Below are positions 1 through 10,538 of a stretch of 64,000 nt of DNA, piece after piece. This stretch comes from an uncultured Acidobacteriota bacterium (GTDB lineage: Bacteria; Acidobacteriota; Thermoanaerobaculia; UBA5066; Gp7-AA6), in contig CAVXTP010000022.1 in NCBI GenBank assembly GCA_963764715.1, forward strand, positions 1-64,000. The letters run 5' to 3'. A program made the translations under genes and the position numbers. Within the stretch, counting starts at the first letter, position 1, and every line of letters begins with the position of its first letter. The notes under the pieces are model-generated. The model was not told the DNA's origin. It worked only from the letters and a program-made list of their open reading frames with translations, and ran no database searches.

Positions 1-372
1 GAGCCGAAGGCGCGCGCGGTCCACGGGCTGCTCCGCAGCCTCGTGGCCAACAACGTCGAGGGCGTGACGAAGGGCTTCACCCGCGAGCTCGAGATCTCGG
101 GCGTCGGCTACAAGGCCGAGGTCAAGGGCAAGTCGGTCGTCTTCTCGCTCGGGTACTCGCACCCGGTCGACTTCCCGATCCCCGAGGGGATCGCGATCGC
201 GATCGACGCCAAGGCGGGCAAGATGACCGTCACGGGCGCCGACAAGCAGCGGGTCGGGCAGACGGCGGCGGAGATCCGGAAGCTCCGCGTGCCGGACCCG
301 TACAAGGCCAAGGGGATCAAGTACGCCAACGAAGTGATCAAGCGCAAGGTCGGCAAGGCGGGCGGGAAGTAA
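1..372 (+). CDS. rplF: 50S ribosomal protein L6 (5' partial)
   Basis: Frame open from base 1; GVGYKA, LGYSHPV and [11 protein letters not shown] motifs; position before rplR. Confidence 0.97.
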   Translation, partial: EPKARAVHGLLRSLVANNVEGVTKGFTRELEISGVGYKAEVKGKSVVFSLGYSHPVDFPIPEGIAIAIDAKAGKMTVTGADKQRVGQTAAEIRKLRVPDPYKAKGIKYANEVIKRKVGKAGGK

Positions 373-374
373 TC

Positions 375-743
375 ATGAACACGTCGCAAGCACGAACAGA
401 GGCCCGGTCGCGCGTCCGCCTGCGGGTGCGGGCGAGGGTCCGCGGGGCCGCGGAGCGTCCGCGCCTGGCGGTCTTCAAGAGCGGCCGCCACATCTACGCC
501 CAGGTCATCGACGACGGGCAGGGCTCGACTCTCGCCCACGCCTCGTCGCTCGACGCGGGCCTGCGCAAGGACGGCCCCAAGGGCGGCTCGCGCGAGGCGG
601 CCACCCGGGTGGGAACGCTCGTCGCCGAGCGCGCGAAGAAGGCCGGCGTCACCAAGGTCGTCTTCGACCGCGGCGGCTACCGGTATCACGGCCGCGTGAA
701 GGCGCTGGCCGAGGGCGCCCGTTCGGGCGGCCTGGAGTTCTAG
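375..743 (+). CDS. rplR: 50S ribosomal protein L18
   Basis: [18 protein letters not shown] and [18 protein letters not shown] motifs. Confidence 0.98.
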   Translation: MNTSQARTEARSRVRLRVRARVRGAAERPRLAVFKSGRHIYAQVIDDGQGSTLAHASSLDAGLRKDGPKGGSREAATRVGTLVAERAKKAGVTKVVFDRGGYRYHGRVKALAEGARSGGLEF

Positions 744-774
744 GCATGGTCGGGACTACGAGGAGAACGGAACG

Positions 775-1335
775 ATGAGCAGCAACCGGGGCCCGCGGGC
801 GCCGCGCGAGCGCGAAAAAGAGCGCGACGCGCAGGGTCGCGAACTGATCGACCGCGTCGTCCACATCAACCGCGTCACCAAGGTCGTCAAGGGCGGCAAG
901 AACTTCTCGTTCTCCGCGCTCGTCGTCGTGGGCGACGGCCAGGGTCGGGTGGGCTACGGCTCGGGCAAGGCGAAGGAAGTCCCGATGGCCATCAAAAAGG
1001 GCATCGAGATGGCCAAGAAGAACATGCAGAAGGTGTCGCTCAAGGGCACGACGATCCCGCACGCCATCATCGGGGCGTACGGCGCGGGGCGCGTCCTCCT
1101 GAAGCCGGCCGCGGCCGGCACGGGCGTCATCGCCGGCGGGCCGGTCCGGGCGGTGCTCGAGTCGGTCGGCATCCAGGACATCCTGACGAAGTCGCTCCGG
1201 ACGACCAACCCGCACAACGTCATCAAGGCCACGTTCGACGGCCTCCTGCGCCTGCGCAACGAGGACGAGTTCGCGCGCCGGCGCGGCCGCGCGGCGGCCA
1301 CGGCGCCCGAGGTTCCGGTGGAGGAGAAGGCGTGA
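775..1335 (+). CDS. rpsE: 30S ribosomal protein S5
   Basis: [24 protein letters not shown] and GTGVIAGG motifs. Confidence 0.98.
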   Translation: MSSNRGPRAPREREKERDAQGRELIDRVVHINRVTKVVKGGKNFSFSALVVVGDGQGRVGYGSGKAKEVPMAIKKGIEMAKKNMQKVSLKGTTIPHAIIGAYGAGRVLLKPAAAGTGVIAGGPVRAVLESVGIQDILTKSLRTTNPHNVIKATFDGLLRLRNEDEFARRRGRAAATAPEVPVEEKA

Positions 1336-1556
1336 CCGAGGCGGGCAAGGCCCCCGAGAAGCGGGGCAAGAAGGACGGCGGCCGGCTGACGATCACGCAG
1401 GTCCGGAGCGGGATCTGCACGCCGAAGGACCAGAAAGCGACGTTGGTCGGCCTCGGGTTCAGCCGCATGGGACAGAAGGTGGTTCGCGAGGATTCGCCGG
1501 CGCTGCGCGGAATGATCCGCAAGGTCCGCCACCTCGTCGAAGTGGCGAAGGGCTAA
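1332..1556 (+). CDS. rpmD: 50S ribosomal protein L30
   Basis: ITQVRSGI...[11 protein letters not shown]; GTGA overlap with rpsE stop. Confidence 0.95.
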   Translation: MTEAGKAPEKRGKKDGGRLTITQVRSGICTPKDQKATLVGLGFSRMGQKVVREDSPALRGMIRKVRHLVEVAKG

Positions 1557-1559
1557 GTC

Positions 1560-2192
1560 ATGGTCGAGAAGAAGAAGAAGACGACGAAGGCGGCTCCGGC
1601 CGCGAAGAAGCCGGCCAAGGCGGCGCCGAAGGCCCCCGCGAAGGCGGCGGCCGCGGCGAAGCCCGCCGCGAAGGCCGCGGCCCCGGCGGCGGCCCGTCCG
1701 CCCAAGGTCGCGAAGAAGGCGGCGCCGGCCCCCTCGCGTCCGCCGGCGCTGGGCGTGCACGACCTCGGCCCGGCCGCGGGCTCGACCCACTACCGCAAGC
1801 GCGTCGGGCGCGGCCCCGGCTCCGGCCACGGCAAGACCGCCGGGCGCGGCAGCAAGGGTCAGAAGTCGCGGACCGGGTACCGGCACCAGCGCGGCTTCGA
1901 GGGCGGCCAGATGCCGCTCCACCGCCGGCTGCCCAAGCGGGGCTTCACGAACATCTTCCGCGTCGAGTACGACATCGTCAACATCTCGGACCTCGATCGC
2001 TTCGACGCCGGAGCGGCCGTGAACCCGGAGCTGCTCGCGGCCTCGCGCCTGACCCGCAAGAACCGTCTCATCAAGATCCTCGGTGACGGGGAGATCAAGA
2101 AGGCCCTGACCGTGTCGGCCCACAAATTCTCGGCGTCCGCCAAGGCCTCGATCGAGGCCGCCGGCGGCCGCTGCGAGGTGCTGTCCCGTTGA
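1560..2192 (+). CDS. rplO: 50S ribosomal protein L15 with Lys/Ala/Pro-rich N-terminal extension
   Basis: [17 protein letters not shown] and [18 protein letters not shown] motifs. Confidence 0.97.
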   Translation: MVEKKKKTTKAAPAAKKPAKAAPKAPAKAAAAAKPAAKAAAPAAARPPKVAKKAAPAPSRPPALGVHDLGPAAGSTHYRKRVGRGPGSGHGKTAGRGSKGQKSRTGYRHQRGFEGGQMPLHRRLPKRGFTNIFRVEYDIVNISDLDRFDAGAAVNPELLAASRLTRKNRLIKILGDGEIKKALTVSAHKFSASAKASIEAAGGRCEVLSR

Positions 2193-3577
2193 GCGCTCTC
2201 CAGAGCTTCGCCAACATCTTCAGCGTGCCGGACCTGCGCAAGCGGGTCCTGTTCACGTTCCTCGTGCTCGCCGTCTACCGGCTGGGGGCGCACATCCCCA
2301 CGCCGGGCGTCGACCCCGAGGCGATCAACGCCTTCTTCAAGGCGTCGGCCGGGTCGATCTTCGGCTTCCTCGACATCTTCTCGGGCGGCGCGCTGCGGAG
2401 GCTCTCGGTCTTCGCCCTCGGCATCATGCCGTACATCTCGAGCTCGATCATCCTGCAGCTCCTGACGGTCGTCTGGCCCTACCTCGAGAAGCTCTCGAAG
2501 GAAGGCGAGATGGGCCGCAAGAAGATCACGCAGTACACCCGCTACGGGACGGTGGCGCTGTCGTTCATCCAGGCGATGGGAATCGCGCTCTGGCTCGAGA
2601 AGCAGACGGCGCCGGGCGGGGCGTTGCTCGTGCCGCACCCCGGCTGGGGCTTCCGCCTGATGACGGTGCTGACGCTGACGACCGGCACGATCTTCATCAT
2701 GTGGCTCGGCGAGCAGATCACCGAGCGGGGCATCGGCAACGGCATCTCGCTCATCATCTTCGCCGGCATCGTCGCGAACCTCCCGCGGGCGATCTTCGGG
2801 CTCTTCCAGCAGATCCGGAACCAGACGATCAGCGTCCTCGTGCTCATCGTCGTCCTGGTCTTCATGGTCGCGATCGTCGGCCTCGTCGTGTTCGTCGAGC
2901 GGGCGCAGCGCCGGATCCCCGTCCAGTATGCCAAGCGCGTCGTCGGGCGCCGGGTCTACGGCGGCCAGAACACGTACCTGCCGCTGCGCGTCAACACGGG
3001 CGGCGTCATCCCGATCATCTTCGCGATCTCGATCCTCCAGCTGCCGGCGTACCTCGCCCAGATCTCGGGCGCCGACTGGATGAAGCGCGTCGCCGAGTCG
3101 CTCTCGATGGGCCACCCGCTGTACCTGCTGCTCTATGCGGCCGGCATCCTCTTCTTCTGCTACTTCTACACGTCGATCGTGTTCAACCCGACCGACACGG
3201 CCGACAACATGCGCAAGTACGGCGGGTTCATCCCGGGCATCCGTCCGGGCAAGAAGACCGCGGACTACATCGACTCGGTGCTCTCGCGCATCACGATCGT
3301 GGGCGCCGCGTACCTGGCGTTCGTGGCCCTGCTGCCGGACATCCTCAACAACGGCCTCAAGGTCCAGGGGGTCCCGGGCATCGGGCCCTGGCTCGACGGC
3401 ATCCTGCCGAAGTTCCTGACGCAGGGCTTCGGGTTCAACTTCTACTTCGGCGGCACCTCGCTCCTGATCGTCGTCGGCGTCGCCATGGACACGGTGCAGC
3501 AGGTCGAGTCCAAGCTCGTCGAGCACCACTACACGGGCTTCCTCAAGAAGAGCCGCATCCGGGGACGGCGAGGCTGA
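2189..3577 (+). CDS. secY: Preprotein translocase subunit SecY
   Basis: [25 protein letters not shown] and IPGIRPG motifs; multiple TM segments. Confidence 0.98.
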   Translation: MSALQSFANIFSVPDLRKRVLFTFLVLAVYRLGAHIPTPGVDPEAINAFFKASAGSIFGFLDIFSGGALRRLSVFALGIMPYISSSIILQLLTVVWPYLEKLSKEGEMGRKKITQYTRYGTVALSFIQAMGIALWLEKQTAPGGALLVPHPGWGFRLMTVLTLTTGTIFIMWLGEQITERGIGNGISLIIFAGIVANLPRAIFGLFQQIRNQTISVLVLIVVLVFMVAIVGLVVFVERAQRRIPVQYAKRVVGRRVYGGQNTYLPLRVNTGGVIPIIFAISILQLPAYLAQISGADWMKRVAESLSMGHPLYLLLYAAGILFFCYFYTSIVFNPTDTADNMRKYGGFIPGIRPGKKTADYIDSVLSRITIVGAAYLAFVALLPDILNNGLKVQGVPGIGPWLDGILPKFLTQGFGFNFYFGGTSLLIVVGVAMDTVQQVESKLVEHHYTGFLKKSRIRGRRG

Positions 3578-4182
3578 TGCGCATCGTTTTCCTCGGACCT
3601 CCGGGCAGCGGCAAGGGCACCCAGGCGAAGCTCCTCGCGGAGCGGCTGGGCGTTCCGACCATTTCGACCGGCGAGATCCTCCGCGAGGCCGTCCGCCATA
3701 AGACCGCCCTGGGCCAGAAGGCTCAGGAGGTCATGGAGCGGGGCGACCTCGTTTCGGACGACCTCATCCTCGCGCTGATCGAGGAGCGCATCGGCCATCT
3801 CGACGCCCGCGGCGGATTCATTCTCGACGGGTTCCCGCGCACGATCGAGCAGGCCAGGGCGTTCGACACGACGCTCGCCGGGGTCGGCGAGAGCCTGTCG
3901 GCGGCGATCAACTTCTCGGTGCCTCCGGACCAGCTGACCCAGCGCATGCTCTCCCGCGGGAAGTCCGAGGGCCGCGCCGACGACCGCCCGGAGACGATCC
4001 GGGAGCGCCTGCGGGTCTACCGCGACAAGACCGAGCCCCTGGTCGAGTTCTATCGGGAGCGCGACATCCTCGCGGACGTGGACGGTGTCGGGTCCGTGGC
4101 CGACGTCGCCCAGCGGATCGACGAGGCTCTCTCCTCGGTGCGCCGGGCGGGTCCGGGTTCGGCTTCCGGGAGTCCGGCGTGA
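3577..4182 (+). CDS. adk: Adenylate kinase (short LID)
   Basis: ATG overlaps the secY TGA; [17 protein letters not shown] and RADD motifs. Confidence 0.96.
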   Translation: MRIVFLGPPGSGKGTQAKLLAERLGVPTISTGEILREAVRHKTALGQKAQEVMERGDLVSDDLILALIEERIGHLDARGGFILDGFPRTIEQARAFDTTLAGVGESLSAAINFSVPPDQLTQRMLSRGKSEGRADDRPETIRERLRVYRDKTEPLVEFYRERDILADVDGVGSVADVAQRIDEALSSVRRAGPGSASGSPA

Positions 4183-4961
4183 TCACGATCCGAAGCCACG
4201 AGGAGCTCGTGAAGCTCGAGGAGGCCTCGCGCATCGTCCTCGAGACGCTCGACGTCGTCGAGAAGGCCGTGGCCCCGGGCATCACGACCGCCGAGCTCGA
4301 CGCGATCGCGGAGGCCGAGATCCGCCAGCGGGGCGGTCGTCCGGCCTTCGTGGGGTACCGCGGCTATCCCAAGACCCTCTGCACCTCGATCAACGACGAG
4401 GTCGTGCACGGCATCCCGGGCAAGCGGGCGCTGGCCGAAGGCGACGTCGTCGGAATCGACTGCGGCGCGGTCGTGGGCGGCTACTACGGGGACGCGGCGC
4501 GGACCGTGCCGGTCGGCCGCATCCGGAAGGAAACCGCCAGGCTGCTTCAGGTCACGAAGGAGGCCCTCGAGGCCGGCATCGCCGCGGCCCGCCCGGGCGG
4601 CCGGGTCTCGGACATCGGGGCCGCGGTCGAGGCGGTCGCCCTGGTGCACGGCTACGGGGTCGTCCGCGATTTCGTGGGCCACGGGGTCGGCACGGCGCTC
4701 CACGAGGAGCCCCAGATCCCCAACTACGGCCCGGCCGGGCGGGGCAGCGTGCTCAAGGCCGGGATGGTGCTCGCGATCGAGCCGATGTTCAACCTCGGCC
4801 GGGCCGAGGTGGCCGTCGACGCCGACGGCTGGACGGTCCGCACGCGGGACAAGTCGACCTCGGCGCACTTCGAGTACACGATCGCCCTCGAGCCCCGGGG
4901 GGCGTTGATTCTGGGGACGGGTGCCCTGTCCGCGCTGCGGACGGCGGCGGTTTCGGCTTAA
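4179..4961 (+). CDS. map: Methionine aminopeptidase type I
   Basis: [28 protein letters not shown] and SAHFE motifs. Confidence 0.97.
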   Translation: MITIRSHEELVKLEEASRIVLETLDVVEKAVAPGITTAELDAIAEAEIRQRGGRPAFVGYRGYPKTLCTSINDEVVHGIPGKRALAEGDVVGIDCGAVVGGYYGDAARTVPVGRIRKETARLLQVTKEALEAGIAAARPGGRVSDIGAAVEAVALVHGYGVVRDFVGHGVGTALHEEPQIPNYGPAGRGSVLKAGMVLAIEPMFNLGRAEVAVDADGWTVRTRDKSTSAHFEYTIALEPRGALILGTGALSALRTAAVSA

Positions 4962-4968
4962 GGGGACG

Positions 4969-5187
4969 ATGGCGAAAGAAGACGCAATCGAGGTCATGGC
5001 AACGGTCGTCGAGCCGCTGCCGAACGCGATGTTTCGAGTGGAGCTGGAGAACAAACACCAGGTCCTGGCGCACATCTCGGGCAAGATGCGGAAGAACTTC
5101 ATCCGCATCCTCCCGGGGGACAAGGTGCTCGTGGAGCTTTCGCCCTACGACCTGGCGCGGGGCCGGATCATCTATCGGTACAAGTGA
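4969..5187 (+). CDS. infA: Translation initiation factor IF-1
   Basis: MAKEDAIEV...LAHISGKMR...RGRIIYR, 72 aa. Confidence 0.98.
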   Translation: MAKEDAIEVMATVVEPLPNAMFRVELENKHQVLAHISGKMRKNFIRILPGDKVLVELSPYDLARGRIIYRYK

Positions 5188-5212
5188 GAACGGTACAAGC
5201 AGGGAGCCCATC

Positions 5213-5326
5213 GTGAAAGTACGAGCGTCGGTCAAGAAAATTTGCGCCAAGTGCAAGATCGTGCACCGCAAGGGAGTCGTCCGGGTCATCTGCACGACGC
5301 CCAAGCACAAGCAGAGGCAGGGGTAG
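5213..5326 (+). CDS. rpmJ: 50S ribosomal protein L36
   Basis: GTG start; [37 protein letters not shown], 37 aa. Confidence 0.97.
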   Translation: MKVRASVKKICAKCKIVHRKGVVRVICTTPKHKQRQG

Positions 5327-5329
5327 GAC

Positions 5330-5713
5330 ATGGCACGCATTGCTGGAGTCGATCTTCCGCTCAACAAGCGGGTCGAGATCGGGCTGACCTACATCTACGG
5401 GATCGGCCGGCCGAAGGCGAACTTCATCCTCGAGAAGGCCGACGTGCGGCCCGACACGCGGGTCAAGGACCTGTCGGAGGAAGAGGTCGTCCGGATCCGC
5501 AAGGTCATCACCGACGACGTCAAGGTGGAGGGCGACCTGCGCCGGGACATCTCGGTCGACATCAAGCGCCTGATGGACATCGGCTGCTACCGGGGCACCC
5601 GCCACCGGCGCAACCTCCCCGTCCGCGGGCAGCGGACCCACACGAACGCCCGGACCCGGAAGGGCCCGCGCAAGCAGACCATCGCCGGCAAGAAGAAGGC
5701 GACGAAGAAGTAG
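5330..5713 (+). CDS. rpsM: 30S ribosomal protein S13
   Basis: [10 protein letters not shown] and [17 protein letters not shown] motifs. Confidence 0.98.
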   Translation: MARIAGVDLPLNKRVEIGLTYIYGIGRPKANFILEKADVRPDTRVKDLSEEEVVRIRKVITDDVKVEGDLRRDISVDIKRLMDIGCYRGTRHRRNLPVRGQRTHTNARTRKGPRKQTIAGKKKATKK

Positions 5714-5729
5714 GAAGTAAGAGGAAGAC

Positions 5730-6170
5730 ATGGCTGAACCGACACCCGCATCCGCCGTCCCCGAGAAGGGCGCCAAGCCCGCCAAGGGCAAGCGCGCCCG
5801 CACCGGGAAGAAGGAAAAGAAGAACATCCCGCACGGGATGGCGACGGTCAACGCGTCCTTCAACAACACGATCGTCTCGATCGCGGACGCCGAGGGCAAC
5901 GTGCTCGGCTGGTCCTCGGCCGGGCGCATCGGGTTCAAGGGCTCGCGCAAGGGCACGCCGTTCGCGGCCCAGCTCGCCGCGGCCAACTGCGCCGAGCACG
6001 CCAAGGAGCACGGCGTGCGCTCGGTCGACGTGCGCGTGACGGGCCCCGGCGCCGGCCGGGAGTCGGCCATCCGGGCGCTCCAGGCCAACGGAATCGACAT
6101 CAAGTCCATCAAGGACACGACCCCGATTCCCCACAACGGCTGCCGGCCGCGCAAGCGGCGGCGGGTGTAG
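5730..6170 (+). CDS. rpsK: 30S ribosomal protein S11
   Basis: [22 protein letters not shown] and [10 protein letters not shown] motifs. Confidence 0.98.
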   Translation: MAEPTPASAVPEKGAKPAKGKRARTGKKEKKNIPHGMATVNASFNNTIVSIADAEGNVLGWSSAGRIGFKGSRKGTPFAAQLAAANCAEHAKEHGVRSVDVRVTGPGAGRESAIRALQANGIDIKSIKDTTPIPHNGCRPRKRRRV

Positions 6171-6293
6171 GGAATAGGGGCTTGTTTCGAGAGCTGACAG
6201 CCGCGGGCTGACGGCTCGTCCGTAAACCGACGCTTCGGTCCCGGTCGGGAAGAAGGACGTAAAGCGAAGAATGGGGTCGAGGAGGTAAAGGGT

Positions 6294-6920
6294 TTGGCCC
6301 GTTATAGCGAGTCGGTCTGCCGGCTGTGCCGGCGAGAAGGCATGAAGCTGTTCCTCAAGGGGGACCGCTGCTTCAAGGACAAGTGCGCCATCGAGCGGCG
6401 CAACTATCCCCCCGGCCAGCACGGCCGGCGGCGTTCCAAGCTCCTGGGCTACGGCATCCAGCTCCGGGAAAAGCAGAAGGTCAAGCGGATCTACGGGCTC
6501 CTCGAGAGCCAGTTCCGGCTGGCCTTCGCCCGCGCCGAGCGGCGCAAGGGGATCACCGGCGCCAACCTGCTCGAGGAGCTCGAGCGCCGGCTGGACAACG
6601 TGACGTTCGCGCTGGGCTTCGCGGCCTCGCGCGCCCAGGCGCGGCAGCTCGTCCGCCACGGCCACGTCACGGTCGACGGCCGGAAGGTCTCGATCCCGTC
6701 CTTCCGCGTAGCCAAGGGCCAGGTCATCGCCATCAAGGAGAAGAGCCGCGCCAACGACCAGATCAAGTCGTCGGTCGAGACGGCCCGCGCCCGCGGCGTC
6801 CCGTCCTGGCTCGACCTGACGCCGGAGTCCTTCTCCGGGCGGGTCGTGGAGTTGCCGAAGCGCGAAGACATCAAGCTGCCGATCCAGGAGCAGCTGATCG
6901 TCGAGCTGTACTCGAAGTAA
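6294..6920 (+). CDS. rpsD: 30S ribosomal protein S4
   Basis: TTG start after GGAGGT; [15 protein letters not shown] and ARQLVRHGH motifs. Confidence 0.98.
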   Translation: MARYSESVCRLCRREGMKLFLKGDRCFKDKCAIERRNYPPGQHGRRRSKLLGYGIQLREKQKVKRIYGLLESQFRLAFARAERRKGITGANLLEELERRLDNVTFALGFAASRAQARQLVRHGHVTVDGRKVSIPSFRVAKGQVIAIKEKSRANDQIKSSVETARARGVPSWLDLTPESFSGRVVELPKREDIKLPIQEQLIVELYSK

Positions 6921-6940
6921 GTTCCTCAAGGAGAGTTTCC

Positions 6941-7921
6941 ATGACGCTTTGGAAAGGTTTTCAGAAGCCCAAGCGGCTCGAGATCGACACCGAGACGCTG
7001 ACGTCGACGTACGGAAAGTTCTACGCCCAGCCGTTCGAGCGGGGCTTCGGAACGACGATCGGCAACGCCCTGCGCCGGGTGCTGCTGTCCTCGATCGAAG
7101 GAGCGGCGATCACCGCCGTGAAGATCGAGGGCGTGCTGCACGAGTTCTCGTCCCTGCCGGGGGTCGTCGAGGACGTCACCGACATCATCCTGAATCTCAA
7201 GCAGATCCCCATCAAGATGCACACCACCGAGGAGAAGATCCTCACGATCGACGTCGAGCGCAAGGGCAAGGTCACGGCCGCCGACCTCCAGGGCGACTCG
7301 GCGATCGAGATCCTCGATCCGGATGCCCCGGTCGCGACCCTCTCGGAGAACGGCCGCCTGCGGGCCGAGCTCCGGGTCTCCACCGGCCGCGGATACGTTT
7401 CGGCCGACAAGAACTTCGACGACGACATGGGCATCGGCTACATCCCGATCGACTCGGTCCATTCGCCGGTCCGCCGGGTGAACTATCACGTCGAGGCGGC
7501 CCGGATCGGGCAGGCCACCGACTACGACCGGCTCGTCCTCGAGGTCTGGACCAACGGAACCATCTCCCCGACGGACGCGGTCGGCCTGGCGTCGACGCTG
7601 CTGCGGGACCACCTCACGATCTTCGTCAACGCCGACCACGAGACGGCGCTCGAGGGCGCCGGCGAGGGCGAGCTGCCGGAGAACCTGGCCGAATACCTCA
7701 ACAAGTCGGTCGACGAGCTGGAGCTGTCGGTCCGGAGCGCGAACTGCCTCAAGAACGCGGGCATCCGGACGATCCGGGACCTCGTTCAGCGCACCGAGAA
7801 GGACATGCTCGAGACCAAGAACTTCGGCCGCAAGTCCCTGAACGAGATCAAAGACATCCTCCGGCCCATGGGCCTGTCCCTCGGGATGGAGCTCGAGCCG
7901 GTCGAAGCCAAGAGCGAGTAG
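6941..7921 (+). CDS. rpoA: RNA polymerase subunit alpha
   Basis: [32 protein letters not shown] and [10 protein letters not shown] motifs. Confidence 0.98.
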   Translation: MTLWKGFQKPKRLEIDTETLTSTYGKFYAQPFERGFGTTIGNALRRVLLSSIEGAAITAVKIEGVLHEFSSLPGVVEDVTDIILNLKQIPIKMHTTEEKILTIDVERKGKVTAADLQGDSAIEILDPDAPVATLSENGRLRAELRVSTGRGYVSADKNFDDDMGIGYIPIDSVHSPVRRVNYHVEAARIGQATDYDRLVLEVWTNGTISPTDAVGLASTLLRDHLTIFVNADHETALEGAGEGELPENLAEYLNKSVDELELSVRSANCLKNAGIRTIRDLVQRTEKDMLETKNFGRKSLNEIKDILRPMGLSLGMELEPVEAKSE

Positions 7922-8049
7922 TGGTTGGTCGCCGAGGTCATGAGGCGCTCCATGTCGACTCATCCGCGTCGGGGCTCTGGTACGAGAGTCCCTCGGCTGC
8001 GTCTCGGCCTCAAGGTTGATATCCAGATTTTTGTGATAGGACAATAGTC

Positions 8050-8649
8050 ATGCAGCACAACCGCGCGGGGCGCAAGCTCCGCCGCACGACGTCCCACCGG
8101 CTGGCGATGTTCTCGAACCAGCTCGCGTCCCTCGTGACGCACGAGCGGATCGAGACCACGCTGTCCAAGGCCAAGGAGCTCCGGCCGATCGCCGAGCGCC
8201 TGGTGACCCGGGCCAAGAGCGACGACGTGGCGGCCCGCCGCCACGTCGCCCGCTGGATCCCGGACCGCACGACGGTCAAGAAGCTCTTCGAGGCGATCGC
8301 GCCCCGCTTCGTCGACCGCCCGGGCGGATACACGCGCATCCTGAGACTCGGGTCGCGCAAGGGCGACGCCGCCGAGGCCGCGATCCTCGAGTTCGTCGAC
8401 TTCAAGTTCGAGCCGAAGGAGCGGGGCCCCAAGAAGGAGTCCCTCTCGGATCGGGCGCGCCGGGCCGCCGGCGGGCGCGTCGAGACGGTGCGCAAGCAGA
8501 AGACCGAAGGCGAGGGCGGGGAAGAGGCCGCCGGCCAGAAGCCGCAGCGCAAGGCCGCGGCGCCGAAGGCCGAGCGGGTCAAGCCGGCCGCCAAGCCCGC
8601 CCCGAAGAAGGGCCCGTCGCGGACGGGTCCGTCCAAGCGCGGGGCGTAG
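8050..8649 (+). CDS. rplQ: 50S ribosomal protein L17 with charged C-terminal extension
   Basis: HERIETTLSKAKELR and RPGGYTRI motifs. Confidence 0.97.
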   Translation: MQHNRAGRKLRRTTSHRLAMFSNQLASLVTHERIETTLSKAKELRPIAERLVTRAKSDDVAARRHVARWIPDRTTVKKLFEAIAPRFVDRPGGYTRILRLGSRKGDAAEAAILEFVDFKFEPKERGPKKESLSDRARRAAGGRVETVRKQKTEGEGGEEAAGQKPQRKAAAPKAERVKPAAKPAPKKGPSRTGPSKRGA

Positions 8650-8672
8650 CGATTCGAGGACCGTGGACTTCG

Positions 8673-8706
8673 AGGGCGTCGCGCCTGCGCGGCGCCCTTT
8701 TCCTTT
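8673..8706 (+). terminator. Rho-independent terminator of the alpha operon
   Basis: Stem AGGGCGTCGCG / CGCGGCGCCCT, 4-nt loop, TTTCCTTT tail, 23 bp after the rplQ stop. Confidence 0.75.
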
Positions 8707-8710
8707 GCCG

Positions 8711-9100
8711 ATGACGCTCCGGCGGGCCCGCGGCGCGGCGATCGCCTGGGGGATCTTCCTCCTCGCCCTGACCTCCTGGCCGTCGCCTCCCGAGGTGCCG
8801 GTCGTCTCGGCGATCCCGGACTTCGACAAGCTCGTGCACGGGCTGCTGTACGGCGTCGAGGGCTTCCTGCTCTACCTCTCGATCGTCTGGAGGGGGACCG
8901 CGGGGCGGTTCGCCTGGCGCCGGGCGCTCGCCGTCGCGGGCGTGCTCGCCCTCTGGGGGACGCTCGACGAGATCCACCAGGCGTTCATCCCGGGGCGGTC
9001 GATGGAGGCGGGGGACGCGCTCGCGGACGCGCTGGCGGGCTTCCTGGGGGCCCTGGTAGCGTCGCGGTTTGCGGGGAGGGCCGGCCGGCCTACTTCTTGA
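8711..9100 (+). CDS. VanZ-like membrane protein
   Basis: DKLVH-LY and DEIHQAFIPGRS...D motifs; hydrophobic segments. Confidence 0.85.
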   Translation: MTLRRARGAAIAWGIFLLALTSWPSPPEVPVVSAIPDFDKLVHGLLYGVEGFLLYLSIVWRGTAGRFAWRRALAVAGVLALWGTLDEIHQAFIPGRSMEAGDALADALAGFLGALVASRFAGRAGRPTS

Positions 9101-10538
9101 AGAAGCCGCCCTGGCCCGCCGCCGCCTTCGGCCCGCCCTCGGCGAGGACGAGGCGCTGGTTGAGCTCCTTGATGCGTTCGTTGAGCTGGGCGATCTTCTG
9201 CTGGAACTCGCGCGAGATCCGATCGGCGTCGGACTTCAGGCGGGTATTCTCGGTCTCGGCCTCGCTCAGGACGTGGTCGCGACCCTCGATGATGCGGCGC
9301 TGGTCGCGCAGCTCGACCATGTACTTGTTGAGCTCTTCGTCCTTCTCGGTCAGGCGGAGCTTCCACTTCTCCTCCTGCTCCTCGTAGAGGCGCTTGATCT
9401 CGATCAACTGGGTGATCTGGGAAAAGTCGTTGTCGGACGCCATCAGGCCACCTCGCTGGTTTTCCTCGATCTGCGGGAAGAGCTTGCGGAGCTTGAGGGA
9501 CAGGTCTTCGGGGTCGGTCGAGATCTCCATCGCTTTCGCGTAGGTAATCCGCCTGTTGACGAGCAGTGCGATGAGGCACTGGTTCATCGACTGCATCTTG
9601 TAGTAGTTGACGGAGTTCTCGATCTCCTCGTGGATCTCCTTGACCTCGCCGTTCAGGATGTGCTTCTCGATCTTCGGCGAGTTGATCATGACCTCGACGA
9701 CGGCGCAGCGGCCGGAGCCGTCCGAGGTCTCGATCAGGTTCATGGAGACGATCGCCCGCAGCACGATCGAGAGCTGGGAGCGGACCTGGGCCTGCTGTTC
9801 CTGGGGACAGGAGTCGATGATGCGGTCGATCGACTGCGCGGCGCTGTTGGTGTGGAGTGTCGAGAACACGAGGTGGCCGGTCTCGGCCGCCGTGATCGCG
9901 GTCTGCATGGTGTTCCAGTCCCGCATCTCGCCGACCATGATCACGTCCGGGTCCTGCCGGAACATGTTCTTCAGGGCCTCGTTGAAGCTGGGGGAGTCCG
10001 TCGAGACCTCGCGCTGGGAGACCGCGGCCTTGCCGTCGGCGAACAGGAACTCGATCGGGTCTTCGATCGTGACGATGTGGACCGGCCGCTTCTCGATGAT
10101 CGAGCGCATGATGCCGGCAAGCGTCGTGGACTTTCCCGACCCCGTCGGTCCGGTCACGAGCACGAGCCCCTTGGGCAGGTGGACGAAGCTCTCGAGCACC
10201 TCGGGGAGGTTCAGCTCGGCGATCGAGGGCAGCTTGAAGGGGATCCGCCGGAACACGGCGGCAAAGGAGCCGCGCTGGACGAAGATGTTGCAGCGGAAGC
10301 GCGCGACCCCCGTCAGGCCGTAGCCGACGTCGACGGACTGGGTGCGCTCCAGGCGCTCCTTCTGCGCCGGCGTCAGGATCTCGAGCAGCATCTCCTCGAG
10401 GTCCTTGGGCTGCAAGGCGTCTGCATTCAAGGGGATCAGTCGTCCCTTGATCCGGAGCAAGGGGGGGCGCATGGGCTTCAAGTGGAGGTCGGAAGCCTCC
10501 TTCTTGGCCATGAACTTGAGCAATTCAGCGAGGGTCAA
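9090..10538 (-). CDS. pilT: PilT/PilU-family type IV pilus ATPase with C-terminal coiled coil
   Basis: ASDLHL, GPTGSGKST, TIEDPIE, DPDVIMVGEMRD and AAETGHLVFSTLHT motifs; TTG start chosen 9 nt after TATAAT. Confidence 0.88.
   Translation of the reverse strand: MTLAELLKFMAKKEASDLHLKPMRPPLLRIKGRLIPLNADALQPKDLEEMLLEILTPAQKERLERTQSVDVGYGLTGVARFRCNIFVQRGSFAAVFRRIPFKLPSIAELNLPEVLESFVHLPKGLVLVTGPTGSGKSTTLAGIMRSIIEKRPVHIVTIEDPIEFLFADGKAAVSQREVSTDSPSFNEALKNMFRQDPDVIMVGEMRDWNTMQTAITAAETGHLVFSTLHTNSAAQSIDRIIDSCPQEQQAQVRSQLSIVLRAIVSMNLIETSDGSGRCAVVEVMINSPKIEKHILNGEVKEIHEEIENSVNYYKMQSMNQCLIALLVNRRITYAKAMEISTDPEDLSLKLRKLFPQIEENQRGGLMASDNDFSQITQLIEIKRLYEEQEEKWKLRLTEKDEELNKYMVELRDQRRIIEGRDHVLSEAETENTRLKSDADRISREFQQKIAQLNERIKELNQRLVLAEGGPKAAAGQGGFFKK

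Noticed and set aside
5176-5199. 9-bp direct repeat CGGTACAAG at the infA end
   Set aside because: Too short and not flanking any inserted element.
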